From contig OZ024744.1 of NCBI GenBank assembly GCA_964016885.1, positions 66,464,001 through 66,528,000 on the forward strand: 64,000 bases of DNA. The letters are read 5' to 3'. The notes under the pieces are model-generated. The model had not been told where the DNA came from. It saw only the letters and a program-made list of their open reading frames with translations, and ran no database searches. Each line of letters begins with the position of its first letter. Positions within the stretch are counted from its first letter, which is position 1. The stretch comes from Eledone cirrhosa (Eukaryota). The position numbers and the translations under genes are program-made. Below are positions 1-12,409 of the stretch, piece after piece.

Positions 1-275
1 GCCTATGTCAGAAATTCTTTTTATCTATGAAAGCAACATGTACATCACTATTTCTGGCCTTCTAAGACTCAGAAGATTGATCTCAGTGTAAAATATGTCA
101 TAAGAAGAAGAATGCCCCTGAACAGAAAATAAAATAAGTAAATTTTCTAATAAAATTTGGAGCATCTTTCTCAATTTTGAAAATGTTGAGTACATAAAAT
201 ACAGTGTTTAAAAAGATAAAAATAAAACCAAACCATCAACTTAAAAATTTTGTTACTAATAATATTTTTTTATTT

Positions 276-476
276 AGGTACAAGGCCAACAATTTTGAGG
301 GAGAGGAAATTTGATTAAATCAATCCATGTGCCTTACTGATACTTTATTTTATCGAACCCATAAGGATGAAAAGCAAAGCTAACCTCAGTAAGATTTGAA
401 CTTAGAACATAAAAGGACTTAACTATATGCCTCAAAGCATGTCTGACACTCTACTGATACTGCCAAAACACTGCCA
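276..476 (-). mobile_element. tRNA-derived SINE, family 2 (diverged copy)
   Basis: Reverse complement of the recurring motif gagttcaaat..gaggttagctttgcctttcatccttacggggtcgataaaataaagtaccag..ggccttgtgcctaaa, which occurs more than 15 times in the window. Confidence 0.75.
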
Positions 477-698
477 TTTGCTTCGAACATAGTAAAGTAA
501 AATCAGTAGTAATTTATCATACATTTAAATATGATAAATCTCATGCATTGTGATAGTCATCCTGTAATGATTTAGCAGAAAATTGTGATAAACATCCTGA
601 AATGATTTAGCCAAAAATGTCTAAAAACAAGAAAGCTTAATTCAAATGTTTTTAGTATATTTACTATCTTATATTATCTTATTCATCATCTTTAGGCG

Positions 699-936
699 AG
701 ACAGCAAAGCACAACTTCATGACAACAATCTCAGTTTCCCATCAAGGTTTGTAGGTCATCCTTGTCAATTCCAGTGTCTCTTGCTATGGTATCTTAGTAT
801 CTAAGCTTTCTGGCAGGGGATATATCCCAGGCAAGACAGCAAGCATAACTTCACACCAATAGTCTCTGTTTCCCCATCAAAATTTGTAGTTCATCCTTGT
901 TAATTCCAGTCTCTGTTGCTATAGTATCCTGTTATC
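699..936. repeat. Diverged direct duplication, two ~105-bp units
   Basis: agacagcaaagcacaacttca...tcatccttgtcaattccagt...gtatct at ~699-802 is repeated at ~834-936. Confidence 0.7.
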
Positions 937-1387
937 TGTCCAACTAGAGCTCTGAAACCAACTCATTTTTTGTGTGGAATTGGTGACCAGCAAAGCTTTA
1001 GTAGTAGACAGATTATTGTGAAAACTTGCAGTAAACTAAAGTAAAGCTAATTTTTGATATGATGCAGTCATTGTGTGTGTGTGTGTATTTTTTTCTTTTA
1101 ACTTGCTAATGTGGTTTAATGCATTACAGGACTTTAAGAGTTAAGACATAACAGATTCATTCAAGCAGTTCTCTCCCTCTCTCTCTCTCTCTCCCTCTTT
1201 GCTCCCTCTCTCTCTCTGCTCTCTCTTCTCTCACACACACATACATACATATAATTAGCATAATCAGCATAATTTTTATATTTGCTTTCTCATGCTGGCA
1301 TGGGTTGGACAAGACATTATGAGGCAGTAATTTATAGCAAGACGTCCTAAAGCTTCCTAAAGCCAACCCTTATTCTACTGATCTCTC

Positions 1388-1434
<47 letters not shown>

Positions 1435-1479
1435 TACACTCACTCATGCACTCAAATATACATAGATATAATTTAAAAC

Positions 1480-2030
1480 TGTTCTGAACTGAAAGTTAGA
1501 TTGTTCATGGCTATAGTAGAATCTATTTTGCTTTATGGAGCAGAAACATGGACACTTATAAAAGCCTTAAAGAAACAATTAAATGAATGCTACACCAAAA
1601 TACTTAGAATGGCACTCATAACAGACTTGTCAACTCTCCCAATCTGATGGGGAGGTTTGCATTAGCCTTTGGGTGGGTGAGGGATGTCTTCTCTTGTGAA
1701 AATGGGTAAAGCTTTCATTATGTAAAATCTCCGCATTTTGGGGAACTTTTTTTCCATGGTACTCCCTGTTTGGGTTTTTAGAGGTTGGCAGATCTGTATG
1801 GAAGAAATGCTGATCTTTATGATGATCTTCCAAAAATCTCACTAACAGTTCAACAAAGAAGGATGTGACACACAGGCCACTGCATCAGACACAATGATGA
1901 GGTTGCAAACAAGTTAATGCTCTGGTAACCTACTGAGAGAAGAACTTCTAGAGGAAGGAGAAACATCACCTGCTACAAGACACAGAGATGGAGCCTGTAG
2001 AGGAGCTCAAAACCAACATGAAAGGTCTGT
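1480..2030 (+). pseudogene. RTE/RTE-X-like LINE C-terminal remnant, interrupted by a MITE
   Basis: Translates as KVRLFMAIVESILLYGAETWTL..CYTKILRMAL and, after the insert, PKIS..QQRRM*HTGHCIRH..KLMLW*PTERRTSRGRR, typical of an RTE-group C-terminus. Confidence 0.7.
1622..1796. mobile_element. MITE with CAGACCTGCCAAC-like TIRs
   Basis: Ends cagacttgtcaac / gttggcagatctg. A reversed homolog lies at 37931-38107 and a fragment at ~41000-41042. No clear TSD. Confidence 0.6.
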
Positions 2031-2130
2031 GGCTTAGAGAGTTGGATTCGCAATTGTGAGGTTGAGTTCAATTCTTGGACCTGGCGATTTGTTATGTCCT
2101 TGAGCAAGACACTTTATTTCACGTTGCTCC
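2020..2130 (+). mobile_element. SINE family 1 head fragment
   Basis: gtggcttagagagttgg..gagttcaattct..ccttgagcaagacactttatttcacgttgctcc matches 27603-27720. Confidence 0.6.
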
Positions 2131-2279
2131 TTCTGCCAGGAGTTACAACCGGTAGATAGTATCAGCAATGGAACGACCAATGGAAACATTGTTTCCTTGG
2201 TCTGCTTTGACGGGGTCCACCCCACTCGGCAAGTGAATGAGGTCTGGGATCTTGTTGATTGATCAGAGTGAATGGAAGT

Positions 2280-2400
2280 GATGTGTAGAAAGAGTGGGTC
2301 ATGCCACTGGATGACAGAGGACAGGAAGTATGAACTTTGGTATAGCAGTGAGGTCGACATTTACTGGTTCCTGAATATCAGCCACTGTGGTGGTGGAACA
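2280..2400 (-). pseudogene. Possible CR1/L2-type LINE ORF2 C-terminal remnant
   Basis: STSLLYQSSYFLSSVIQWHDP resembles the conserved ...YxxSFFPxxxxxWNxLP end of CR1-group ORF2. Confidence 0.3.
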
Positions 2401-2559
2401 GTGAAAAGAGTATAGTAGCATACAATAAGTACTATATAGTATTTAATCTTGCCTATATAACATGCAATTGGAGTTTAATGTTCACCACAATGCCACCAGC
2501 ACACTCTCTCTTTCTCTTCATATATGCATATATAGACACACATATATTTACTGCTATTG

Positions 2560-2623
<64 letters not shown>

Positions 2624-3080
2624 ATATATGTGATTGTGTGTGTATATATATATGTGTGTGTGTGTGTGTATATATGTGTGTGTGTATATGTGTGTGTGTG
2701 TGTTTATATGTGATTGTGTGTGTATATATATATATGTGTGTGTGTGTATATATGTGTGTGTGTATGTGTGTGTGTCTGTTTATATGTGTGTGTGTGTATA
2801 TATATATATGATTGTGTATATATATATGTGTGTGTGTATATATATATGTGATTGTGTATATATATATGTGTGTGTGTGTGTATATATATTTATATATATA
2901 TATATATATATATAAATATATATGTGTGTGTGAGTATTTATATATATATGCACACATATATATATATTATATATATAGAGAGAGTGATGCATGTGTGTGT
3001 ATGTGGGCATACACATGCATACACACACTGCACACATAAATACATACACACACTGCACACATACATACATCCATCCATGC
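2560..3080. repeat. Compound (TG)n/(TA)n microsatellite
   Basis: Directly visible. Confidence 0.95.
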
Positions 3081-3487
3081 ATATATTAATTAGGATATGA
3101 TTACTAATTAATTAATAGACTTTGGTTACACAGATATTAACCAGTTTGTATTAATTAACTAATAATGGTTTTAAATTTGCCCAATTAATATCAATTACAC
3201 ATAAAATCAATATGGAATGATTAATTTTTCTATTGTACTTTTCTGATTATTAGACAAGACAGTTCAGCATAACAAAGAACAATGAATCGCAGCTGTTAAA
3301 TGCTACCACTAATGTGGTTCAAATAGAGCATAACTAAGTCTGTGTCTCAGTGATGGGATTTAATATTCCTTTAATTCTTAACGTCTTGTACCGCATGAAA
3401 CAGCATTAGCAAGAATTTATTGAAAACCTAGTATAAAGCATATCATAATGACTGCATCGCATTACATTAACAATTGACGTTTTACTT

Positions 3488-3697
3488 TCAGTATTGGTAG
3501 AGTGTTGGACAACATGCTTCGGCCTGGAATAGAGTTACGGCCCTTTAGGTTCTGAATTCAAATCCTTCTGAGGTTAGCTTTGCCTTTCTTCCTTTCAGGA
3601 TTGATGAAATAAAGTACCGGTAATGCACCGGGTTGATTTAATTGAATTTCCTCTCCTCTAAAATTGTAGGCCTTGTGCCTAAATCAGAAACCATTAT
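3488..3697 (+). mobile_element. SINE family 2
   Basis: cagtattggtagagtg..ctgaattcaaat..gaggttagctttgcctttcttcc..gtaccg..ggccttgtgcctaaatcagaaacc. Confidence 0.75.
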
Positions 3698-3899
3698 TAC
3701 AAATTTATGTTTACGACAACCAGTCCACTAGTATAGATATGAAAAACATTTGAAATAACAAAAAATGTTTATTGATATTTTCTAATAAATCATTACAGGG
3801 TGTTAAGAGTTAATGTAAAAGATGACTACCAAAGCTGTGATTTGTAAATTTAAGACAACAGGGTAGAAAGTCACTCCAGATAGATCTACGATATCTGAA

Positions 3900-4251
3900 T
3901 TGAGAGATCATAGCTCTTATACTATGGGTGTGTGGTTAGAATGTCTGGACAGATTTTACAGGCAAAACCAACTGGCAGGAGACCCAGGGGTAGACCATGA
4001 GGAAGATGGTTGGATAACATCCATGAGCTGGGCTGGTCTTGCTTGGGATCCAGCCAGATCGGTTGAAGATGGTTGCTTCTGATAGGACCCGTTATAGGGA
4101 GTGTTTGAGGACTCAGCCCCCATGACCCTCTCAAGAAGAAGAAGAAGAAGAAGAAGAAGAAGAAGAAGAAGAAGAAGAAGAAGAAGAAGAAGAAGAAGAA
4201 GAAGAAGAAGAAGAAGAAGAAGAAGAAGAAGAAGAAGAAGAAGAAGAAGAA
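3900..4251 (+). mobile_element. 3' end of an RTE-type LINE with a long perfect (GAA)n tail
   Basis: ILQAKPTGRRPRGRP*GRWLDNI is an RTE C-terminal motif, followed by about 39 GAA units (4134-4251). Related copy at ~36555-36730. Confidence 0.7.
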
Positions 4252-4502
4252 GGGTAGAGTTTGTTTGTGGTGCACTTGAAAATATGGATGACTACAAGAT
4301 AAGGCAATATTTTGAATAATAATAATAAAGCTTTATGTTTAAAACATTAACTATTCAATCATTCAATCAATCAGATTCCCGCCACTGGTACAGCCAGTCA
4401 CTGGGGACCCATTCAAGTTGCTTTACATTGTCAGCAATTGACACTGATTTCAATCATATAATGGAGAAAATATTTCAAAAAACGTGGAAAATGAAAAATA
4501 TC

Positions 4503-5183
4503 TGGAGGCACGACAAGAGCCCAGCCTACACTGTAGTGGTCATGTAGCTGTCATGACAAAAGCGAATGCCCAATACAAACTGTAAAGTGGTCATGTAGGT
4601 GTCATGACAAAAAGCACCCAGCCCACACTGTAAAGTGGTCGTGTAGGTGTTATGACAAAGAGTAGCCAGCCCACACTGTAAAGTGGTCATGTAGGTGTTA
4701 TGACAAAAAGGAGCCAGTACACACTGTAAAGTGGTCGTGTAGGAGTCACGACAAAAACACCCAGTCTACTCTATAAAGTGGTCATGTAGGTGTCATGACA
4801 AAAAGCAGCCAGCTACACTGTAAAGTGGTCGTGTAGGTGTCATGACAAAAAGCAGCCAGCCCACAATGTATAGTAGTCGTGTAGCTGTCACAACAAAAAG
4901 TACTCAGCCCACACTGTCATGACAAAAAAACATCCAGTCTACATTATAAAGTGGTCATGTAGGTGTCATGACAAAAACCACAGGACACACACTGTAAAGT
5001 GGTCATGTAGGTGACATGACAAAAAGCACCCAGCCCACACTGTATAGTGGTCGTGTAGCTGTCACAACAAAAAGTACCCAGCCCACACTGTAAAGTGGTC
5101 ATGAAGGTGTTATGACAAAAAGCAACCAATACACACAGTATAGTGGTCATGTAGCAGTCACAACAAAAAGGAGCCAGTCTACA
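4503..5183 (+). repeat. 48-bp minisatellite (~13-14 units) derived from an RTE/SINE module
   Basis: Unit cacactgtaaagtggtcgtgtaggtgtcatgacaaaaagcacccagcc. The same module occurs 1-3 times in RTE-B 3' regions and in SINE family 1. Confidence 0.9.
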
Positions 5184-5413
5184 GTTTCCTGTATAGGAGC
5201 GATCAATGGCCGGCTTTGCCACATTCAAATATTAAAAAAATTTGGCCAGTCTGCTGATATGCAAATCTAGCTGATCAGTGGATCTGTTAATATGCAGATC
5301 TGACTGATTAGCTAGTCTCCTAATGTGCAAATGAGACCGATCAGTCCCTGTATATTTTAGAAAATAGCATATGTTTTCACTAGCTCTGACAGTTGGCAGG
5401 TGAACAGTGAGCT

Positions 5414-5453
5414 GTACTGATGAAGGGTGATACCCAGAAACATTAGTGTCTGC
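5414..5453 (+). ncRNA. Minimal type-I hammerhead ribozyme motif (GUC)
   Basis: gta-CTGATGA-a-GGGT gat ACCC-a-GAAA-CAT ta GTG-TC-tgc. Core intact, stem I only ~3 bp. Confidence 0.6.
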
Positions 5454-5635
5454 CATTCTGTTTATATGCCAACATAAGAGCAAGAATGAGGGGCTCATTC
5501 TACTGACATTGCTTTAAAAATGAGGCTTGTTTGCATAATTGCGAACGAATCGAATATTATTATTAATATTCGAAAAACTCAGATTACATTTATTGTATTC
5601 AGCTATGTAGAAATTTTTTATAAAAAATTATATAA

Positions 5636-6183
5636 ATATCAAAATTGATGGAAGTTATGGAGTAGGCAGACCCAGAAAAACCTGGGATGATTTGATAAAT
5701 TCCGACCTCACACACTTACACCTCTCCAAGACAATGTCACTGGACCGATATCTTTGGCGCTATGCAGTGATACAGAAGACCCGCCTTGCCTAATTACAAA
5801 GCGAAACCTACAGTCAGTAGGCACCTCTTAACCAAATATACACCCCCATCCCACTACCCCTACTCTCACCCCCATCAATACTACCCCTTTCTCTGTAAAG
5901 TTATGTTGGTACCACAACATCCAGTCCTAAATAAATGAGGTTGTGTAGGTGTCACAACAAAAAACACATAGTCCACGCTGTAATGTGGCCATGTAGGTAA
6001 CACAGTAAAAACCTCCCAGCCCACACTGTAAACGTGGTTGGTGTTAGGACGGGCATCCAGCCATAGAAAAGCTACCAGACAGTCCTGAGCAAGACAACTA
6101 ATCTTGCCTCAAGTGGGACAATTCCCGTCTAAACCCATGCTAGCGTGGAAGATAGACGTTAAACGATGATGATGATGATGATA
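5636..6183 (+). mobile_element. RTE LINE family B, 5'-truncated 3' end
   Basis: [24 protein letters not shown], then a long 3' region ending cccatgctagcgtggaagatagacgttaaac(gat)n. Confidence 0.85.
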
Positions 6184-6197
6184 TATATATGATGATG

Positions 6198-6235
<38 letters not shown>

Positions 6236-6237
6236 TC

Positions 6238-7101
6238 GATATATATAAAACTCTGATTCCGTCAGGGAAATGGCCATGTTCATTATGCAGAAAAGGAACT
6301 GGCATAAATTCTATAAAATGCACACAATGCAGATCCTGGGTACACAAGAGATATAGCGGGATAGCAGGCAAACTAACAGGTAGGGAGAAATATGTATGCA
6401 GTAGATGTACAGGGAAATTAGACAGCATAAGTCGCATTGATAAACACATTTTTCAAATGCAGGGGGGTGCTATAGAAGTGATGGATAGCTTCTGGTACCT
6501 AGGAGATCAGATTAGCATGGGAGGGGGTGTTCCGAAGCCATAGTATCTAGAATAAGGACGGGTTGTAAGAAGTTTAGGGAACTGCTTCCTCTGCTGACGA
6601 AGAAGGGTTTCTCCCTGTGTACGAAAGGCCGGTTATATGATGCCTGTGTGAGGAGCGCGATGCTGTATGGTAGTGAGACATGGGCAGCAACTGCAGAGGT
6701 TATGCAATGGCTGGAGAGAAATGAGGCAAGCATGGTCTGTTGGATGTGCAGTGTCAATGTGCGTGAACGACCCAGCATGACTGTGTTGAGAGAGAAACTG
6801 TGTCTGAGAGGGATAGAATGTAGTGTACGGGAGAGGAGACTGAGGTGGTATGGTCATGTGATGCGCATGGAGGATGACCGATGGGTGAAGAAGTGACAGG
6901 AAATGCCAGTTGAAGGAAGACGTGGTAGAGGTAGACCACGAAAAACATGGGCGGAGGTGGTGAGAACAGACCTCAGATCGCTGGGGCTCACGGTGGAGAT
7001 GACGAAGAACTGTGACAAGTGGAGAGATGCTGTGCTGAATAAGACCCGTCCCACCCTTGCAAGCAGGGAAAAGCGGACGTAAAATGATGATGATGATGAT
7101 G
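6238..7101 (+). mobile_element. RTE LINE family A, 5'-truncated, frameshifted
   Basis: GKWPCSLCRKG..C..C..WVHKR zinc-finger-like segment, [30 protein letters not shown]. Ends cccacccttgcaagcagggaaaagcggacgtaaaa(tga)n. Confidence 0.9.
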
Positions 7102-7132
7102 TTATACATATATATATATACATGTATATATA

Positions 7133-7182
<50 letters not shown>

Positions 7183-7185
<3 letters not shown>

Positions 7186-10100
7186 TCATCATCATCATTT
7201 TTGTTTAATGTCCATCTTCCACGCTAGCATGGGTTAGACGGGAATTGTCCCACTTGAGGCAAGGTTGGTCGGGTGACCGTGTCTCGCTCATATAGGACTA
7301 TCTGGCAGGTTTTCTACGGCTGGATGCCCTTCCTAACACCAACCACATTTACAGTGTGGAACTGGGAACTTTTTACTGTGTTACCTACACGGCCACATTG
7401 TGGACTGTGTTTTTTTTTGTCGTGACACCTACATGATCTCGATCTCATTATCTCATTTATTTGGACTGGATATTGTGGTACCAACTTTACAGAGAGAGGG
7501 TGGTGTTGGTGGGAGTGGGAGGATAGGGTAGGGGTAGTGGAGTGGAGTGTGTATTTGGTTAAGTGCTGCCTACTGAATGTAGGTTTCGCTTTGTACATAG
7601 GCAAGGCGGGTCTTCTGTATTACTGCGTAGCGCCAAAGATCTCGGTCCAGTGACATTGTCTTAGAGAGGTGCAAGTGTGTAAGGTTGGAATTTATCAAGC
7701 AGGGAAAAGCGGACGTAAAATGAAGATGATGATGATGATGATGACGTCCCAGGTTTTTCTGGGTCTACCTACTCTGTAACTACCATCAATTTTGATCGCC
7801 CTGCACTCTTTTATAAGGCTGTCGTCTTTCATGCGCATCACGTGACCATACCAACGTAGTCTTCTCTCAAGTAAACAGCATCTGATCCCTCTTATTCCTA
7901 ATTTCTTTACTTAGTTCATTTATGCTTTGCCGTTCATGTATATTACTATTACACACCCAACGGAGCATGCATGCTTCATTCCTTTCCAGTCTACACAGGT
8001 CCTCTGCACGTAATGCCCATGTCTCACTGCCATGTAGCATTGCTGTTCGTATACAGGCATCATACAATCTGCCTTTCATATTTAGAGAGAAACCTTTTGT
8101 GGCCAACAGCGGTATAAGCTCTCTGAACTTTTTCCATCCTGTTCTGACTCTAGCTACTGTACTTTCAGAACACCCTCCACCACTGCTGATTTCGTCACCC
8201 AGGTAACAGAAAGTGTCCACTATTTCTATAGAACCATCTGGGCAATAGAAGGAGCTAGTATCCTGTGGACACTTGCTACTTATTGCACCTGAGCATCGGC
8301 CATATATAAAGTCCATGTTCTTAGATAGTTTACCTGTGATCCCACTACATCTTTTATGTACTTTGCATTTGGGACATAAAATGGAATTTCTGCCTACTCC
8401 TTTCCTACACACTGAGCATGGCCATTTCCCAGAGGAGACCTGTGCCCTATTTTCCTTTCTACATACTAGAACTTTAATCTTAGACAAGTTAACTTTAACG
8501 CCTTTTGATTCTAGGCCATGCTTCCATGTTTGGAATTTCTTCTCTAGTTCAGCCATAGATTCAGCTATGAGAGTTAGATCATCTGCGTATAAGTGTTCCC
8601 ATGGGCAGCCAGTCTTGAACTCCTCTGTTATAGCCTGAAGGGCAATAATAAATAGGAGGGGGCTAAGGACATAGCCTTGATGAACACCAACTTTTACACT
8701 AAATTCTTCACAATATTCATTGTTAATTCTAACCTTACTGACTGTTTCTTTATACATAGCTTGTATAGCTCTCACAAGCCGTTCATCTGCACCTAGTTTT
8801 CTAAGAGCCCACCAGATAATGGAGCGGAGGACTCGGGTCTACAAAAGCTAAGTTGAGGGGTTTACTTTTAGCTAGGTACTTTTACCTGACACAAAACCAA
8901 ACTGCATTTCATCTAGATCAATTCACTCTCTGATTAGTTGCACTTTAACTCTTTCTGTGACCTTCATTACCTGGTCAACTAACTTAATGCCTCTATAGTT
9001 TCCCCTATCTAGAGCATCCCCTTTACCCTTGTAACAGTTAATGATGATGCTGCTAAACCATTCTGTATTACTTGGTTAACTATCCGGGTGACCATACTAT
9101 GCCCCACCATTCCAGATGCCTTCAACATCTCAGCAACTATCACCGAAGGCCCAGCTGCCTTGCCTGTCTTCATATCTTTGATTGCCTTACTTATTATACT
9201 ACCTTTAACTTGCACCGCTGGTCCCTCTATTGGATCGATTTGGGGCAGACTATCTTTTTCCCATTTATTCTCCTCATTTAATAATCTCTCGTAGTGACAC
9301 TTCCAGGCTATCTTCTTATCAGTATCAGTGAGGGCAAGTACACTGTTGTCATTACGGACACACTTCTCTCCGACAATATCACGGTTTTCCTTGACACATT
9401 GTCTAGCAATCCTGAACACCTCACGTAAAACATACTTTCTATCCTCTGCTTCCCTTTTTGCAAGGTACACTTGTCTCCTAGCTTCCCTCCTGGCCACTTG
9501 ATAGTGTTCTCTACTTCCCCCATCCCCCCATACTTTCCAAGCCTGTTTTTTGGCCTTGATTGTCTCCTCCACCTTACTGTTCTACCACCAAGTTACTCTC
9601 CTCCTGCCAATAGGTTTGCTCCAGCCACAGATTTCATCTGTCGCCTTCAGCAGGTTAACTTTCAAGAATTGCCACTGTTCCTCTATATTGCACGTCTCTA
9701 ATTGCTCTTCCTTATTGTCAAAGGCATCAAGTAATAAGCTTTTAAACTTGTCACTGGCTATGGGGTCCTTCAACTTCCATATTCTTCTCCTCAAGATAGG
9801 CCTCCTTAGTCATCGAGTACGTCTATTCCTGCCTATGAGGTCACTAACTATTAAGCTATGTTGGGAGGTGCATTCTTCATGGGGGAGGCATTTAGTGTTT
9901 ACAATAGACACTTTGTCACGTCTTCTAGTAAGGATATAATCTATCTGGCTGGCGTGTTCCCCTGATCTATAGGTGATCAAGTGGTTTTCTCGTTTTTTGA
10001 AGTTAGGTTATTAGCGTCACCGAATTCCAGGATTCTGAAGTCCTCCTCATTTCTATTTCCAACTCCATAGCCTCCATGGATTCCATCATAGCCATCACTA

Positions 10101-11280
10101 CGTTGTCCAATGTGATCGTTTAGATCGCCAGCAATAATTAAGTAGTCACTGTCAGTTATTTGGGAGATAGTGTGCATTAGCATCTCATAGAACCTGTCCT
10201 TTATAACGTCAGGTACACTAGATTGGGGTGCATAAGCGGATATTATTGTCACAGTAGTTCTATTTAGAACTAGTATTATTTTAATTATTCTAATTATTTA
10301 ATTATAAGGGCGGTGGATTGGCAGTATCAGTGGAGGGTCGGATGCCATGCTTTCCAGCATAGTTACGTCCCTTTACGATCTGAGTTCAAATCTCGCCGAG
10401 GTTGACTTTGCCTTTCATCCTTACAGGGTCGATAAAATAAAGTACCAGTAATAATAATAATAATGAAATTATTGTGTACAGTGCTCAGGTGCACTACAAC
10501 TCATCAAAGGTGCATGTATAGTACATAGAATAATGTACAAATGTCAGGAAAATAAACAGTGTATGAGTCATGATATAATAACAATAACAATAATGAAATA
10601 TTGTGCACAGTGCCCAGGTGCACCACAACCCATCAAAAAAGTGCATGTACAGTACATAGGGCAATGCACAAACATCAGTAAAATGAACAGTGCACTGGTG
10701 AAATGCTGGCCTTGTGACTAAAGTAGAAACAATTATTTTAATTATTCTGTCATTCACTCTATTTACATCAATTACCTTATCTACCCATTTTCCAGCTAAC
10801 ATAATTCCTACAACACCCAGTCCGTTGTCATTTCCCACCCAGAAAAGTTTATAGCATCGTTTTTTACCCACGATGGATCTGGCAGACCCACCTCTTCACC
10901 TAGTCTCTTGAATACAACAAACATCAATTTCTTTACGTTCAAGCATCTCTACAACCTCATTTGAGCGACCTTTCAATGTGCCTATGTTCATGGTACCAAC
11001 TCTGAAGTTGGGCGGGTGGGATGGATGGGTTGGGGGGCAGGGAGGGGTGTGTGAGACGGAATTATGTTAGTCATCCGTGTCTGAAATAAAGAGGGGTCCT
11101 TGTATTCTCGTCTTGCAGCGGGAGGTGAATTTATCTTTATCTGTGACATGGACATTGAGTGCTTAGACTTTCCAAATTCCGCAGCCCACCCATCAAACAG
11201 GTCTAAACTTAAGGAGTAGTAACCGAGGTGGTAGCTTTGCTATACTGATTTGTTAGAGAACTTACTATAAGCCGCTGAGT
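7183..11280 (-). mobile_element. Near full-length decayed RTE LINE family B (APE endonuclease + RT)
   Basis: EN motifs (VGTMNIGTL, ISAYAPQ, IAGDLNDHIG) and RT motifs (VGVHQG..LSPLLF, LYADDL, FCYLGD) across broken ORFs 7867-8775, 9009-9572 and 9977-10252. (CAT)n tail at 7183. 5' boundary approximate. Confidence 0.92.
10308..10730 (+). mobile_element. SINE family 2 inserted in the LINE, with a 17-bp TSD, itself interrupted
   Basis: TSD attattttaattattct at 10275-10291 and 10732-10748. SINE split at ~10450-10690 by a two-unit insert (aataatgaaat..tgtgtacagtgctcaggtgcac). Confidence 0.8.
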
Positions 11281-11340
11281 TATGATTGGACCATATAGCA
11301 ATGGTGGTGAGTGGGAGGGCGGGAAATGGGTAACTTTAGG

Positions 11341-11950
11341 AGAAGATTAGTTTTTAGGAAGGGTCCAACAGAATGAGACATATTATTAAAAACATGTAAA
11401 ATATTAATTGAAAATCCGAGAGAAAAACGGAGAATTTGAATTCTAGACTGGCATAAATAGAAGTTTAAAACTCTGCTTATTGAGTCGACTACAGGTAAAA
11501 GGAAAGACAAGTAGTTTGCTTACATTCTCAAAATCGACAGATCATCCGTAAGATAGATTAGATGGATAGATAAATTCTGTCCTTGGGAACACAGCAAGGT
11601 TTATTTTATACTTGCGATCAGACGGGGGGGGGGGAGGTATGAGAGAAGGAGCAAAGTGTTTACAAAGTTAGCAAGCGAGATGCAGGAAGGTTCTAGAATA
11701 ATTAATTAATAATAATACTAGAAGGTTAGTTTTTAGGAAGGGTCCATCCAACAGAATGAGACATATTATTAAAAACATGTGAAATATTAATTGAAAATCC
11801 GAGAGAAAATCAGAGAATTTGAATTCTAGACTGGCATAAATAGAAGTTTAAAACTCTGCTTATTGAGTCAACTATAGGTAAAAGGAAAGACAAGTATTTT
11901 GCTTACATTCTCAAAATCGACAGTTCATCCGTAAGATAGATTAGATAGAT
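11341..11950. repeat. Direct duplication of ~225 bp (period ~380 bp)
   Basis: gaagattagtttttaggaagggtcc...tcatccgtaagatagattagat at 11341-11565 and 11721-11950, nearly identical. Confidence 0.85.
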
Positions 11951-12332
11951 AAATTTATATATATATAAATATAGGATTTTACAAAACTTGAAAGCCTGAA
12001 CTCAAAGACCGAGATCTTCAGATGTTGTCCTCACCTGAAATCACATCTGATCTGTAACTGGATTGACATTCCTACGATAACTCAACCACCTTGAACTCCT
12101 TCTCTGCTCTTTACTTCCACTACGGTTTTTTTACCTGCTGAATCCACGTTCTGTACTCTCGTATTCTCTTTCTCCCTTATCTCCCCTTATATTTAAACCT
12201 TTTCCTATGTCATTTATTTTCCTTATTTTCCCCCCTACTTTCTGCCTTACCCTTCACATACCAAGTTTTTTTATTTTTAGATATTTAGTTTTGTGTGTGT
12301 GCGTGTGTTGCGTATATGTGTGTATATGTGTA

Positions 12333-12409
<77 letters not shown>

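Noticed and set aside
3922-4319. Poly-Phe and poly-Arg ORFs
   Set aside because: (GAA)n LINE tail.
11990-12030. CTGAAGA plus hairpin on the minus strand
   Set aside because: No GAAA after the hairpin.
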